Source: Neodothiora populina (lineage: Eukaryota). From it: a stretch of 64,000 nucleotides of DNA. Made by a program: the position numbers and the translations under genes. The DNA is taken from assembly GCF_041146345.1 (NCBI RefSeq), contig NW_027191408.1, positions 1,178,001 through 1,242,000 on the forward strand, in the 5' to 3' direction. The notes beneath the pieces are model-generated. The model was not told where the DNA came from, searched no databases, and saw nothing but the letters and a program-made list of their open reading frames with translations. Position 1 is the first letter of the stretch, and each line of letters begins with the position of its first letter. Of this stretch, positions 36,649 through 49,770 are shown piece by piece.

Positions 36649-37598
36649 GAATGCCTCTTGTGTCTGGGATCAGGTCTGGTGATTGTGATGGGTTCGTCTT
36701 ATCGCAGATTTGGCAAAAAGGTTTGGAGATGGTCGAATGAGGCTTGTTGGCGCTGGTTGTGGGTGTGATTTCTGATATGGATATTTCGTGGAAGGAACAG
36801 AACAAGAGATGGAAGGAACGTATTGCAAATGGCAGTTGCCTCTCTGGTCACTGCGGCCTCGAACTATTTCATCCAGCATCTCAACATCGAACATTTCCCA
36901 AATCCGACTCGAAGCGGGCCGGCGTCATCTGTTGCTTGGCGTCTTCTTTTCCAGCAGCATCAAGTTTCTTTAGTCTTTAATCCTCGGCAGATTGTTGCTT
37001 ACTCCAAGGTACAAAGTATTGCTGGCTTGCTCAGCGTCCTGCCTTTCTCAGGGTCTGTCCCCTCTTCGTTTGACAGATGGGCAAACAGTCACCTTTCTCT
37101 TCCGCATGTAGTATCCTGCTCGAAAAGACCTCTGTACATCGGTGCCTATCGAATTCCTGCATTCTGCTGATGACGAAGTCTGCATTTGTGGTTCCAGCAA
37201 CATAGCAACATAATTACTGGGATTGAAGATGGCATATGCAATGACGAGCTCTCGGGGTCGTCGCATAGATTGGGAAACGGTGGAGTACCATTCGACCCTA
37301 GCCGCCATGCCAAGGAAACCTGTGTTTTGATCCCCCCATCCCCAAAGATCATTCTCCGCGTCATTCCCTCTTTCCAACGCGCACGCGTCTTCACTCCTCG
37401 AGGTAAAAGTATACGTACATTCCGTCTTCGAATACTGTATACTTTGTGTGACGCATACTCCTACGCGGACCTGCTACCTTTGTGAAATATCGGAAATTCC
37501 AACATACCACGCCATCTTGCCCAAAACCTGCACTACGCGCTTTATCGGACCGTAGTATTTTCCAACCTGTCAACGACGCGCACTAGCAACAAGTAGAA

Positions 37599-38954
37599 AT
37601 GCCTACTTGGCTCAACTCCCAGGTAAGCTAGCACTTGCCTTTATTCTTGATTCAAAATCTATTCGAAATTGAAGCGGGCTGGCGCAAGATAGATCTTTTC
37701 GACCTTCAGATGATTGACAACCTCGTAGAAAAAGGCCAGATTGGCTGAATTGGCGGAAATCTGCAAGCTCGGAACGTAGGTGCCAACTCACCAGAGAACA
37801 ACTTGTGCCGATACTGACCAGAACTTGAAGTCCAGAGGAGCTTGCTGAGTGGCGAAAGGATCAATTAGTCCCCGCCTTGGAGACTGTTCTTTCCCAGAAC
37901 ACGCAGCGCTTCAGTAAAGTCACAGCTTTTGCCGAGTATTATCAGCGTCGCAATTCTCCCATCAAGCGCGGATCCAGCGCCCATGTCGTTAACATCCCCC
38001 CTGCCTTGCTACAATCTTCTTCTGGAGACTTCAGTCGCATTCGTGAACGCATCCAAGCTACCACTGAAGCTTTGAAGACTGAATCGTCGCAAGCGTAAGT
38101 AATCGACCTGTGGGTCATTGACGAATCACCTTAGGCTTACAACAAGTAGCAGCGAAGAGCGAGCGTCGCCACCTAACGAAACTCTGATGTCTCCCAATGG
38201 CCTTTCTTCTCCGACAGTGACGGCTCCCGCAGTGCGTCGTGCCCTTGCCACAAATGGACCTTCGAGCACCATTTCTCGTACTCCAGCACGGGCGCAGGAT
38301 TTCCAGGAGCAGGCAACGCCAGCCCCGCTGCCACCCAGCCCTGCCATTGTCACCGACCTCATCGAAGCGCAAACCGCTCGTTTTAATGAAGAGGTCGGTG
38401 ATCTCTGGCAAAGCACCCGTATCGTAGAATACGTCAATCAACTCCGTGTTGAGCTCTCCTCCATGGTCGGCGTTCACATGGCTATCCTCGTCCTTGAGTT
38501 CTACTACCTGCAGTCTCATGTCACTGTATGGCGCTTCCTCTTTGACATCAACACTCCTTTCTTCACCAAGGCAGTCTATTACCCAGATGTTTTCGTTTAT
38601 CTTACTGGATACTGGCTCTCCATGCTCGCCACATGGCAGGCACTGTCTTTCTGGATTCCCTTGGGAGTTTCGTGGATCTGCAATCTCAGTCTCAAGCTTA
38701 AGAACCGTAACGGAGTCGAGTATTGGCGTCCTCGCTACAGGGTAGATCCAGTCACCTTCAGCGTCGTCAAGGGTGTTCTAGCTTGGCTGATCTACATCCA
38801 AGGTGCTCGTTTCGGTGGGCTCTTCTCTGATGAAACTGTGACCAGAGTCCAGAGTGCCATGCCTGCTGGCTTTGAAGGTGTCGCTATTGCAAGCGGTGTC
38901 GGTGTTGTCATGGCTCTCTGGGATGGTGTTCAGGGCAAGAAGGGCTGGCAATGA
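37599..38954 (+). CDS. Conserved fungal membrane protein, GTT3-like (N-terminal helical domain, C-terminal TM helices), 4 exons
   Basis: Spliced N-terminus MPTWLNSQ-KKARLAELAE...WRKDQLVPALE...FAEYYQRRNSPIKR. C-terminus has SFWIPLGVSWICNL and VDPVTFSVVKGVLAWLIY. Confidence 0.7.
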
Positions 38955-39645
38955 AAGGCGGCTTCTTGTCCTGAAGATATGATGCGCTAACAGTGGCGTG
39001 TATCCGGAGAAGAGCCAAGTTCGGGCTGGGTGATCCATTTCTATGACATGATGTGGCGACTTTGACGTCTGTCCACAGTTGTGGCGGCGGCTAATGGATA
39101 TAGCTGGGCTGCTTGTGGCAAGATTGACAAATGGGGTGCAGGCGTTCTCGATGTGAATACAGTCCAGACATGTTCTGTTTTTGGTATGCGGGTGTTACAA
39201 GGACTACCAAAGGCACATCACCACGATGTGTCGCAATCGCGTTTCGATCAACATTCTTGCCACATTTCTTTGGCCCAAGAGAGATCTTTGCAAGATTACT
39301 TGTTACCACTCTGCCATCTTGCGGCATCGTATGTCACTTGCGATGCGCAGTAATCAATATGCTTGTCATGTAGGCCGAAAGGTCTCAGTCCTGGCCACCG
39401 CTCTGTTTACTGTGAAGCGAATGAACATGGCCCAAGATGGTAGGGAGGTTGTCGCAAACTTCTCGAATCGGTTAGGTTCGAGTCGCGGGTCCTCCCGCAT
39501 TGGGCAAAAAGTAAAATCTTGGCATCAACTTCGCTTTGTCGTACTAGTATATCCGATATTTATAATCAGTCATTTTTTAAATGAGACATCTTTTTTGATC
39601 GGGGTTTTGCTACTGTATCTCAAGGATTGACAAACGTCTTATCAT

Positions 39646-42630
39646 ATGCTAGACGTGTTGCAAAAATTCGTCGCCCAAACTTGGAATCACTCTGACTCCG
39701 AGGGCGATTCTGACACAGAGAGAAAGCGTCACAATAACCAGAAGAAAATGTCTGCCACAGCCGGCACCGAAGCATTGATCGACTTGTACCGACAGAATCT
39801 TGCCAATGAAGTGCAGTCGCTTGTCCGTGACCGCTTAGATCAAGTAGAGCAGGGTAACTTCAAAGCCATTCTGGACAGTGAGGAAGCGCAGGCTTTGTTT
39901 GGCAGACAGGATGAATCGTTTCCTGCGGACCTAACGCAATGGCGATCATATATATCGTCGAGGCTCGAGGAACGACTCCTCAAAGAAGCATCGGCGACTT
40001 CTCAGAACCCCAAAGACCTCGAGCAAGCAAATTATTTCCTGATTGGCTACGCATGTCTGCTTGCGTTCTTGCAAAGTAACATTACTGGACCACCTCTACC
40101 ATTCTCTCCTGCCTCAGCTATCTTCCCCGAAGCGATTGCTAGCGACAAGAATGCACTTGTCGAGGCTAGGGCAAAGCTCGTGGCAAGCTTGAGTGTGGAT
40201 GGAATTTCTGCTTTCAGATTGACCCCCAACGTCGAACTGCTTGTCTTGGCTGAGGAGATTATGTCAAATGCGCGGATCTTACTTGCTGTCAAGGTGGCTC
40301 AGTGGGGACTGTTGCGGGCACGAGTCATGCATCAGAGACTTTTGACTGAGGCATCAGGAAGCCTGGAAACAAAGATTTTCCAGGACCTAGAGGCTGTGGA
40401 AGATGAACTTTTCTCCTCGCCCGATAGCAATAACAGTGCAAAGGTCCAGTTTTTACTCGAGAGGGCTAGTATTGAGACCTTCCATGGCTTGGACAAGAAA
40501 GCTCGGGATGACTTGGATCTCGCCGCCACTCAGCGGGGTTTCAGGTTTGCACTCACGGGTTTGCTTGGTAAGAGAACGAAGTTCCAAAAGCACGATGTCA
40601 GTCAACTTGTTGTACTGGCGAAATCTGCCGAGGACGAAGTATCCACCTGCTCTGGAAAAGGAAAACAAGTAGTCTCCACGGAAGGAGAGGCTACGGGACC
40701 CAAGAACCTCGATCTCAACGACGATACTCTTCTGGAAAGTATCTCGTTCACGGAGAAATCGGCAGTCCCAGAGACCACGTCTACAGATATCCAGGAGATG
40801 AGCAACTTATCCAAGGAGCTTGCTGATCTGGATCCTTCCGCTCAGCCCCAACTAAAGCCCTTGGACTCGATCATATTGCTTGCTCTTGCGTCTTCCATCA
40901 CGAACACATCTCCTGCGAACGGTCTTACACGAGAAGAGACTCTGCCGTATGCGACCCGAGTTCTCGAAGGTGGTAGTTCCAACTGGCAGATCTACACACA
41001 AGCTCTTCTCGTTCGTTCGAGAATGGAGGGCTATAAATCTCGTACTGTGGAGCGCGGTCTTCTTCAACTACAGGCACTTGTAGATCAAGTTATCGCCGAC
41101 ACGACCGAAACCTCTTCAGACAACAGCACGTCGGATGCCACAGGTACTAGTTTCCTCCCCAAGAGCAAAGAGTCAGAGAGTGCATCTGTCTCGGAACGCC
41201 TGCGATATGTGTTCCAGCTCGCCTCCCCGTCGCGCTGGGAGTTGGAGGCCGAGTTGGCTCAACGATGGGTTTCTCTCGGTGGTCTCCGATCAGCTCTTGA
41301 GATCTACGAGCGATTGGAAATGTGGGCTGAAGCCGCTCTATGCTATGCTGCGACGGAGAAAGAAGAGACTGCCAAACGTATGGTGCGTCGCCAGCTGTAC
41401 CACACGACGTCCGGCATTCCGGATCTCGAAGCCGACGCCGAAGAGGAGACATGGCAAGGTAAGGAACGTGATCCTGCGCCAGCGGACGCAGCACGACTGT
41501 ACTGTATTCTTGGAGACATTGACAACGATCCTGTCATGTACGAGAAAGCATGGACAGCGTCTGGCGACCGCTACGCGCGCGCACAGAGAAGTCTGGGTCG
41601 ATACTGGCTGCAGCAGCGCGAGCATCTCAAGGCCGCAGATGCGTATGCCAAGTCGCTGAAAGCTAATCAACTCAACCACGCCTCCTGGTTCGCGCTAGGT
41701 TGCTGTCTGCTAGAACTCACGTCCTTTGAGCGCGCCTCGGAGTGTTTCAGACGTTGCGTCCAGCTCGACGAGACAGACGCCGAGGCATGGTCCAACCTTG
41801 CCGCCGCACTGCTCAAGAACGAAGCCGCCAGCAGTGCTAAGCAAGAAACCACCGGCGAGCCTGCGCCGTCTGCAGCACAACCACTTCTCGACGACGAAGA
41901 AGAACCTACAGGTCAAGATAACCAAGCCGTCGACCCCCAGCAGAACCGAAAGGACGCACTTCGGGCCCTCAAGCGTGCCGCAACCCTGAAACACGACTCG
42001 CACCGCATCTGGGAGAACCTCCTGATCGTAGCCGCGGGCATCACCCCACCAGACTACACATCCATCATCACCGCCCAACGCCAACTCATAATCCTACGTG
42101 GACCCACCGTCGGCGAAGCATGCATCGACGTGGAGATCATGGGGCTGATGGTAACGCACGTCATCTCCAGCAGCGAAACGGGATCCTTCGACCCCTCCAA
42201 ACCAGGCTACGAGCGCTTCCTAGTCGAGCTCTTCGACAAGCACATCATCCCGCTCATCACCTCGTCCCGCGCGCTATGGCAACAAGTGGCCAAATTGGCG
42301 CTGTGGAGACGCAAGCCCGAGAAGGCGCTCGACGCCCAGGAGAAGGCCTGGAGGACATGCACCACTCAGCCGGGCTGGGAAGACAGTGTCGGCGGCCAGC
42401 CGAAATGGGACCAAGTCGTCGACGCCACGGTCGAGCTGTGCGATGCCTACGAGACGTTTGGGCCTATGGAGCGCGCGTCGGGCATGGGCGAGGGCACGCT
42501 GGTTGCCAAGGACTGGAAGTTCAAGGCCAGGAGCGCCATCAGGGGCGTTATGGGCAAGGGAAAGGAGAGCTGGGAGGGCACCGACGGGTGGGAGAGGTTG
42601 AAGGATGCGCTTGAGCAGCTTAAGAATTAG
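39646..42630 (+). CDS. EMW1: TPR-repeat protein Emw1/TTC27 (start may be 39748)
   Basis: FLQSNITGP, LTGLLGKRTKFQ, NWQIYTQALLVRSRME...RTVERGLLQLQALVDQ, SALEIYERLEMW, TPR repeats (AEAWSNLA, IWEN) and KDWKFKARSA. Confidence 0.9.
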   Translation: MLDVLQKFVAQTWNHSDSEGDSDTERKRHNNQKKMSATAGTEALIDLYRQNLANEVQSLVRDRLDQVEQGNFKAILDSEEAQALFGRQDESFPADLTQWRSYISSRLEERLLKEASATSQNPKDLEQANYFLIGYACLLAFLQSNITGPPLPFSPASAIFPEAIASDKNALVEARAKLVASLSVDGISAFRLTPNVELLVLAEEIMSNARILLAVKVAQWGLLRARVMHQRLLTEASGSLETKIFQDLEAVEDELFSSPDSNNSAKVQFLLERASIETFHGLDKKARDDLDLAATQRGFRFALTGLLGKRTKFQKHDVSQLVVLAKSAEDEVSTCSGKGKQVVSTEGEATGPKNLDLNDDTLLESISFTEKSAVPETTSTDIQEMSNLSKELADLDPSAQPQLKPLDSIILLALASSITNTSPANGLTREETLPYATRVLEGGSSNWQIYTQALLVRSRMEGYKSRTVERGLLQLQALVDQVIADTTETSSDNSTSDATGTSFLPKSKESESASVSERLRYVFQLASPSRWELEAELAQRWVSLGGLRSALEIYERLEMWAEAALCYAATEKEETAKRMVRRQLYHTTSGIPDLEADAEEETWQGKERDPAPADAARLYCILGDIDNDPVMYEKAWTASGDRYARAQRSLGRYWLQQREHLKAADAYAKSLKANQLNHASWFALGCCLLELTSFERASECFRRCVQLDETDAEAWSNLAAALLKNEAASSAKQETTGEPAPSAAQPLLDDEEEPTGQDNQAVDPQQNRKDALRALKRAATLKHDSHRIWENLLIVAAGITPPDYTSIITAQRQLIILRGPTVGEACIDVEIMGLMVTHVISSSETGSFDPSKPGYERFLVELFDKHIIPLITSSRALWQQVAKLALWRRKPEKALDAQEKAWRTCTTQPGWEDSVGGQPKWDQVVDATVELCDAYETFGPMERASGMGEGTLVAKDWKFKARSAIRGVMGKGKESWEGTDGWERLKDALEQLKN

Positions 42631-43274
42631 TTGTCTCTTCTTTCTTGACACAGAGAACCATAGAATCGCAATCTCTACGATATCAAGCAATGGAAGTTAT
42701 GCTAAATCACTGTATGCTCACAGGAATTGAAGAGAAAAGAATCGAGAATACAGAAGCATGTCACAGGGTGTATGGTTTTGCACTAACTGCCGCTCATAGA
42801 TAGAATCAGATCCAAAGGCCGAAGGACGAAGGAACACCGAGTTCTCCACGAGGACAGTTTTATCCCCGTGCTGTATAGGAAAGAGAGCCTAATAGCTGCA
42901 CAAGCGCAGACGTGCTGCTTCCCTCTGAACTCATGATAACCATTGACACGACCAAGAGGACAAGTTGGAATATATGTAAAAGAGGATAGTGATTTTCGAA
43001 TCCTTTTTTTTCGATTCATCAAAATAAGAACCGGGGTGTATAAAGAAATTCGTTGCAGCGTAATGAAACGTAAGCAACATGCCCCTCGACAAGAAAAAAA
43101 GTATCATGTACTTTTTCTCGCTGATATATCAGATCCACTCTTCTTCTTCCATCATGCTTATATTACAGTATGCCATTATGGGCCGGTGCCTGATTTATAC
43201 ACGCTTTCTCCGAAGCCCGAAAACAAAAAAACTCCCGACTTCTTGTGTAATTATGTCTTTCCTTCCAGATTGTT

Positions 43275-44042
43275 TTACATGAGGCCGATGACGGCGAGGA
43301 GGGCAGCGACACCACCGCCAATGGCAGGAGTGGCGCCCATGACAGCGGCGCCAGAAGAGGTAGATGCAGCGGAGGAAGCAGCAGAGTTGGCGGCGGCGGT
43401 GCCAGTGGTGGAAGTGGTCATACCGCTGCGGGAAGCTGCGCTCGAGGCAACGCTGCTGGCAGAGCTGATGGCGGAGTTGGCGCCCGACGAGACCGAGGCG
43501 ACTTGAGAAGAGTAGCGAGAAGAGGCAGAGTCGTAGGCTGAAGAGAGCGAGCTCTTGGCCGATCCGGTAGCGGTTGCGCCGACGGAGGAGATGGAGGCGA
43601 CTTCGGATCCGGCGGCGCCGGTGACTGATGCGAAACCACTGCTGGCCTCTGATGCAACGGAGCTGAGACCGCTGGCGACGGTTCCGGTCAAGCCCGTGAC
43701 TCCCGAGCTGGCGCGCGAGGCCACGCTCTCAGCGCCTGAGGTCGCGACGCTGAAGACGGAGGTTGCGCCGCTGATGGCTGTAGAGGCTGCACCGCCGACG
43801 GCGGAGGTTGCTACTCCAGCAACAGATGTGATGTCGCCGCCGACACTGGCGGCTCCGGAAGTTGCGACTCCGGCAACTGATGTGACATCACCGGCAACAC
43901 TGGCGGCACCGGAGGTTGCTACGTTGAAGACGCTGTCTGCGCCAGAGGTCGCGACTGAGAAGACCGAGTTGATAGCAGAGCCAATGTCTTGAGCAGAGGC
44001 GAGGGTGCTGAGACCAGAGACGAAAAGAATCGAGTAACGCAT
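43275..44042 (-). CDS. Secreted Ser/Ala/Gly/Thr-rich, probably GPI-anchored cell wall protein
   Basis: Signal peptide MRYSILFVSGLSTLASA-Q, internal repeats (SVFSVATSGA / SVAGVATSGA) and a hydrophobic C-terminal GPI signal (SSGAAVMGATPAIGGGVAALLAVIGLM). Confidence 0.85.
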   Translation of the reverse strand: MRYSILFVSGLSTLASAQDIGSAINSVFSVATSGADSVFNVATSGAASVAGDVTSVAGVATSGAASVGGDITSVAGVATSAVGGAASTAISGATSVFSVATSGAESVASRASSGVTGLTGTVASGLSSVASEASSGFASVTGAAGSEVASISSVGATATGSAKSSLSSAYDSASSRYSSQVASVSSGANSAISSASSVASSAASRSGMTTSTTGTAAANSAASSAASTSSGAAVMGATPAIGGGVAALLAVIGLM

Positions 44043-46004
44043 GATGATGGTGCTGTGATGTGTGCTTGAAGGGTCTGAGGTTTGTCTGTTTTTGTCTCTT
44101 TGTGTAAGGTAGCGAGTATGTTTGGTTGGAATAGGCAAGCTTTTTGACGAGTCTTATACGCTGATCGAAGAACAGGATAGGGGAGGTATGAGACAAGATC
44201 ACCTACCACTGAAGGGGCTACTGATGTTATATAAGAGTTTATGCAAGGCGATGACGACCGAGCATGCCACGCGCACAGTCACTCACAGCCACAACATGAG
44301 GAACTTTCTGGTTCCTGCAGGGGCTCGTCAGCCTCCTCGGAACCCGCAGTACAAGCAAAGCAAAAAGCTGGAGGATCAGACGCCAAGATGGTCCAGTTCA
44401 TTTCTCGAACATCCTGCTCCCCCTGCTGGCGTCATCGTCGTTAATAATGCCTTTTCTTTTGGCCCATACGCTTGTTGCAACTGTGCGGGATGTGCAATTA
44501 GTAGAAAGGGCGACGGTGGAGAGAGACTCTGACGCCAAGTGCCCAATGTTGTCGTTGTTGTTTCCAGGGTTCGACATGTGAAGTCATCGCCCAGTGATTT
44601 GTTTCGCTTTTCTGTTCCGATCTTCCGTGCATGCTGAATTATAGCCTTCCCGCGCCACCCGCCTGTTCCCGGCATACCTTGGCGTGATTCCACGGTCCTA
44701 AAATAACGCGAGTCGAATAGGTAAGGGCATTGTTTATGCAAGCTCAAGGCAAGGGAAGTCGTGGCGCAGTCGAAGGCGACGAAGACACATGCGTATGCAT
44801 TCTTTCTAAGGTCCCGATTGGGTTTCTGTTGGGCTCCTACTGTATTCTATTCTAGCTGTAGTAATGTCTTTACTGCACCGAGGTATCCTTGTAACCTCTT
44901 ATACATGTGTGCATGTTGAAACCAGCAAGCCCAGCGACAAGCGGATGAGGATCCTACCAAAGTTCCCCATATCACGCTGTCTTGTGAAATGCCCGGTAAA
45001 GTGATGATGATACTCAATTCGGTTGCCTCACTGTGTTTCCAAACTCGCTTTATGGGGGAATATTGCAGGAGTGATAACGGAAAAGCATAAATGTAAGTTC
45101 ACCACAAGCAGCGACGCGTGGCTATGCTGCGTAGGAACAATGGACCCTCCATCACCAATTGTGCTTCCAGGGCTGAGATGTTCGCGCGCCATCAATGCTA
45201 TACTGTAGTATAATCGCAGACAAATATGCACTTGTGGGGGGTGTGCTTGACTTGGTGACAATCCAACCCTAAGTCAAAAGCAACAGCGGCCTTCGCTACC
45301 ACCCAGGGCATCGGTCCTTGAACCTCCATGGATGTTGTTGAAATCTTCAAACGATGTGCCTTGAAGCATCTGCCTTTTCTCTCATCAAGTGACCATTCAT
45401 GGTCTGACTAAGATCATGGTCCCATGACCCCGATACCATGGCTCTTGTGAGCGCATCTTCTTGTAGACTCTTGGTGTTGTCCATACTGAACAATTGATGG
45501 GGTTGAAATAAAGCAGTGAGTTCTTTGCGAGGATCAATCGAAGTATGAGTATAACATTGCACCGGGATCCGGCCTTCTATATACGCTATGGGTCACTGTT
45601 GATATCAACCCTGTTCTGCATACTTGTAGCGCCGGCTCCCTGTCGCTTCATAGCGACTTACAGTCACTACTACCCGTCCCTTGTGACAGTCTCATCTTGC
45701 TGCAGGGATTTCTGGCGATGCCCATTACCGACATAACCATTCGATTGAAAGACGTACGCTCAGGAGAAGAGCTATAGGCGAAGTGCGTTGGTGCATGTCA
45801 GTCAATCCAGACTTCCCCTGAGCCCAATCAGACCACACAGCCTGCGTCATAGTTGTCGAAATATCGCAGGCCTTCAAACAATCGACGAGGCGCTGACTCA
45901 AACGTCTATTTGTGAAAGGCTTGCTACGTCCTCGAAAGTCCTCTGAAGGTCCATGTATAAGATGAACCCTCAATGCTAATGGAGCAATACGGAAAACAGA
46001 GAAT

Positions 46005-46490
46005 TTACCAGGGATCAACCCGCGGTGGCTTGATTTCCTCGGTCTTGGGATGCTCTGCCTTCTCGTCCAGTCGCGGATCCGCATCGTGCGCCTCTCCAGT
46101 CCTGACACGCCGAGCGAGCATCCGCCACCCAAATTTGCCCAGTCCCCAAATGAGACCAACGCCGGCACCGGCGAATATTCCGGGCGGAGCAATGACAAAG
46201 GCGGCGCCGCTCGCAATCGATCCAATGGCAGTGCCTGCTATAGCTGCAGTGATAGCGCCAACTGCAGCATATTTGGCATATCGAACGAGTCGCCAAAATG
46301 TGAATATGGCAATGTAGCGGAAAGATCGTAAGAACGCGCGCGTGCGACGTCGACTAGGAGCATTTGACTGATCTGGATTTATCAAGTATGATACAGTTCG
46401 TTTCGCGTTTTGTAGGCTCGAGGACGCAGACTTGGTGGCTGCAGCCTCGAGGTCGAGGGCCTGGTCCTTGGATATATGGAACGTCGCCAT
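46005..46490 (-). CDS. Small conserved-looking fungal membrane protein (about 161 aa)
   Basis: RTRAFLRSFRYIAIFTFWRLVRYAKYAAVG followed by Gly/Ala-rich hydrophobic helices. Single exon. Confidence 0.7.
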   Translation of the reverse strand: MATFHISKDQALDLEAAATKSASSSLQNAKRTVSYLINPDQSNAPSRRRTRAFLRSFRYIAIFTFWRLVRYAKYAAVGAITAAIAGTAIGSIASGAAFVIAPPGIFAGAGVGLIWGLGKFGWRMLARRVRTGEAHDADPRLDEKAEHPKTEEIKPPRVDPW

Positions 46491-47886
46491 GCTTCTCACT
46501 CGTAGTATTGGGTATGTACCAACGTGATATCGAAATCATTTGAGACGTGTTCGTATCAAGAGAATTTCGCCGTCAACCTACGGACACAGATATCCAGGGT
46601 CACCTTAGCTGACCTTACAAACTTACCAACTTGTTGTCTCGCCGTGGGGGTGGAGGACTCCCCAATCGATGACGTAGTATGTTGAACTTTTTTTCGCTCC
46701 CTTGAATGTCGTACAGGATGGGATGCATTATCCGCTCCAAATTCTCAGCACAAAACAAGAGGTTCAAATATTACTACTTGATGTTGTTGATTTCCTTGTG
46801 TAAAAAAGAATAGAGAGAAAACCGCGCAATAGGATCTGTGGCAGCTTGCTGCAAGACACGTTTCGACTCACAATTCGGCGATGACCTTCCAGTAAAGTTG
46901 ATTGGCCTTTTGGTGTCGATCACATTTATTGCCGCGATTATCCCCCCTACCTAAGCACAAGGGTGGGTCTTCGAAGCTCAACTCAGGCTGAATTCAGCTA
47001 CTGTATGGCTTCCCACTTACAATGTTTCGGACCGTACCAAAAAAGAGTCTACCACAGTAGGGGCTCTATCTTTCATGAGACGTTTACTTAACACATGCTG
47101 AAGCAGGGTTCGAGTTTTCTGGCCTTTGTCACGTCGTATAATTTAGATAGAAACTTCGACGGAGTAGGACACATGCTGGATCTTGTTTACTCACGAGTAA
47201 CTGTGATATGAGTGTAAGGGACGAATGATCCAGTTGTTGACCGCAAGCGAATAATGCTCTCAGTCATGCACCTGTGCACCAGAATCTGGCACCGCTATCA
47301 TGGGGACGAATGGACCTGTTATTGCCGCACGTCGTTATCCGCTCTTACCGCTCCCTCCGTCCTGACCTCTGTTGCAACGCATTCCAGAATGGTTCACGAA
47401 TGGTCAGATCTTCATGATAACAGCTTTCCGACGAGGCGATCAAGTTGAGATAATGCAACGAATGCACCACGCTGAAGGTGCCAAGATAAGTTTCGTGTAT
47501 ACCCTTTTTCGCGCGGTAATAAGCAGTTTTTAAGCATTGATGGACGAAGCTTATGTGTCGTCCACACGAATTGACGTAATGCCCTTGGACGAAAATGGAC
47601 AGTCCCACATGCTGGGACAGATACCACACAGTGCTGTGGGGTCCTCCATGGAGAAGTATGGAGCGACGTGGAGACGAAATACAGTAGCATCACTGCATGC
47701 TCACCGGCAAACGGCATGTTCAGTCGGACTATTAGACCGTCATGTGCCGTGTTGTACTTGCTCGCTTCGTGTAGGATTTGTTTCTTAAGTGGGTGCTCTA
47801 CCTCATTTCTGAACATTCTTTTTCCTTTCTAAAGTACATTCACATCCATTGTTCTGCCCTGCTTCTCAGCAATCTCTTTGCACACA

Positions 47887-49770
47887 ATGGAGCAGCAAAT
47901 CGATCGAGAAGATCCGTCTCAAACGGAAAAGAAGATTGAGTCCACCGGCTCGTCTACCACAAATCAGTACCCAGCGCAGTCCCAAGTTGAACATGCTGCC
48001 GATCGAGTATACCTCTCGGAAGACGAGGCTTTAGCAAGAGCGAGAAATCATCCTGCTGATCCGCTACCTATATATGTGATCTTTGGCGAGGACGACAAGT
48101 CAAATCCCCGCAACTGGCCCACCTGGAAGAAGTGGTACATTACCTGCTTCGTCAGTATGTTGAATGTTTTAACGTAGGTTACCTCACTTACTTGCAGTTT
48201 TGTAATTACGGACTGATCTCTTTTCAAAAGATGTCTTTGTGCCGGCGGATACTCGTCTGGGTCAGCACAACTTGAAGAGACCTTCGGGGTTTCTGCCGAA
48301 GTCGGAACAGTTGGGCTGAGTATGTATATCTTGGGATTCGCAATTGGACCTATGCTCTTGGCTCCACTCAGCGAATACTTTGGTCGTAACCCGGTCTACA
48401 TCGGCTCCTGGTTTTTCCTCTTCATCTTCAATTTGCCGATTGCGTTAGCTCCCAACATTGGTACGGTTATTGTATGTCGCTTGATCCAAGGATTCGGAGG
48501 ATCCGCACCCCTCACAAACACTGGCGGTACCGTTTCGGATATCTGGGAGAGGAACAAGTCCGGTAACGCCATGGCCATCTACGGTCTAAGTAGCACTTTC
48601 GGGCCTCCAATGGCATTAGTCATCAGTGGTTTCGTTGCTCAAGAGAAGGGATGGAGGTGGTTGTTCTGGGTATACATGGCCATTACGGGTGGTGTATGGA
48701 TCATCATGATCGTTCGTGCCTCACCTCGCCTCTCATCAAAGATTGGTCAGTGCTAACGCTTGGAACAGTTGACTCTTCCAGAGACCCGACACAGCATTAT
48801 CCTCGAGAAGAAGGCTGCCAAGATCCAAAAGCAGCTTCGCAAAGACGGATTAGCAAGTGCCGAAGTGATCCGGGATGCACATGCAGACGACAGCAGGAGC
48901 CTGCATAGTCTCTTCGCAGTCACTTTGACCAGACCAATCAAGTTCCTGCTCACCGAGCCAATCACAATGGGTGCTGCGGCCTATAACGGATTCATCTACG
49001 GCATCGTGTATCTGCTCAACGATGCCATCCCACTTGTAAGAACTCTCTATGACCTTGAAGAAAAATCTCATCGGAGTCATATATACTGACGAAACACCCT
49101 TCAGGTCTTCCAAAAGGGCCACGGCTTCAACACCGGCGAATGGGGTCTCGCCTTCCTGGGTCTAGCAATCGGCAGCATCATCGGTGCCATCTCCCACCCT
49201 TTGCTACAAGAACGCTACTACCTCCGCAAAGTCCGCGAGAATGACGGTCGCGGCGTCCCCGAAGCCCGTCTCTGGATGGCCAGGGCAGGAAGCATCTTCA
49301 TCCCAATCTCACTCTTCTGGTTCGCATGGACCTCGTACCCATCAGTCCACTGGATCGTGCCGATTATCGCATCCGCCCTCTTCGGGCTGGGCATCTATAT
49401 TGTCATCCTCAGTATTCTGAACTATGTCGTCGACTCCTACCAGGCTTATTCGGCTTCTGCTCTCGCGGGAGTCATCCTGGTGAGGAATCTCGTCGGCGCC
49501 GGATTCCCACTTTTCGGAACACAGGTGAGTTTTGTCTTTCCCTGTTCCTATCTCTTTCCCCCTTTCTCTCTTTCCTCGAACGTAAAGGCTGACTTAACCA
49601 AACAGATGTATAACAGACTCGGCTACGAATGGGCCTCAACCCTGCTGGCCTTCCTGAGTATCCTTCTCATACCAATAATCTTTCTGTGGTTTTACTATGG
49701 CGACCGTTTGCGTCTCAAGTCTCCTTGGGCTAGAGAACATTTTGCTCAGGACGAGGATGCGCCGCATTAG
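47887..49770 (+). CDS. MFS drug:H+ antiporter (DHA1 family), multi-exon
   Basis: NPRNWPTWKKW, GPMLLAPLSEYFGRNPVY, GGTVSDIW, GWRW, LPET, RPIKFLLTEPI, PEARL, YVVDSY and ASALAG. Four GT-AG introns are visible. Confidence 0.92.

Noticed and set aside
37820..37865. GAACTTGA...GCGAAAGGATC resembling the 3' half of a fungal TPP riboswitch
   Set aside because: It spans a splice acceptor and coding sequence (WRKDQL), lacks the upstream CTGAGA and P5 elements, and the gene is not thiamine related.
45265..45272. AACCCTAA resembling a telomerase RNA template in a 1.7-kb intergenic gap
   Set aside because: An 8-mer is expected by chance in 64 kb and I could not identify a pseudoknot or CR4/5 element. 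A covariance-model search would be needed.
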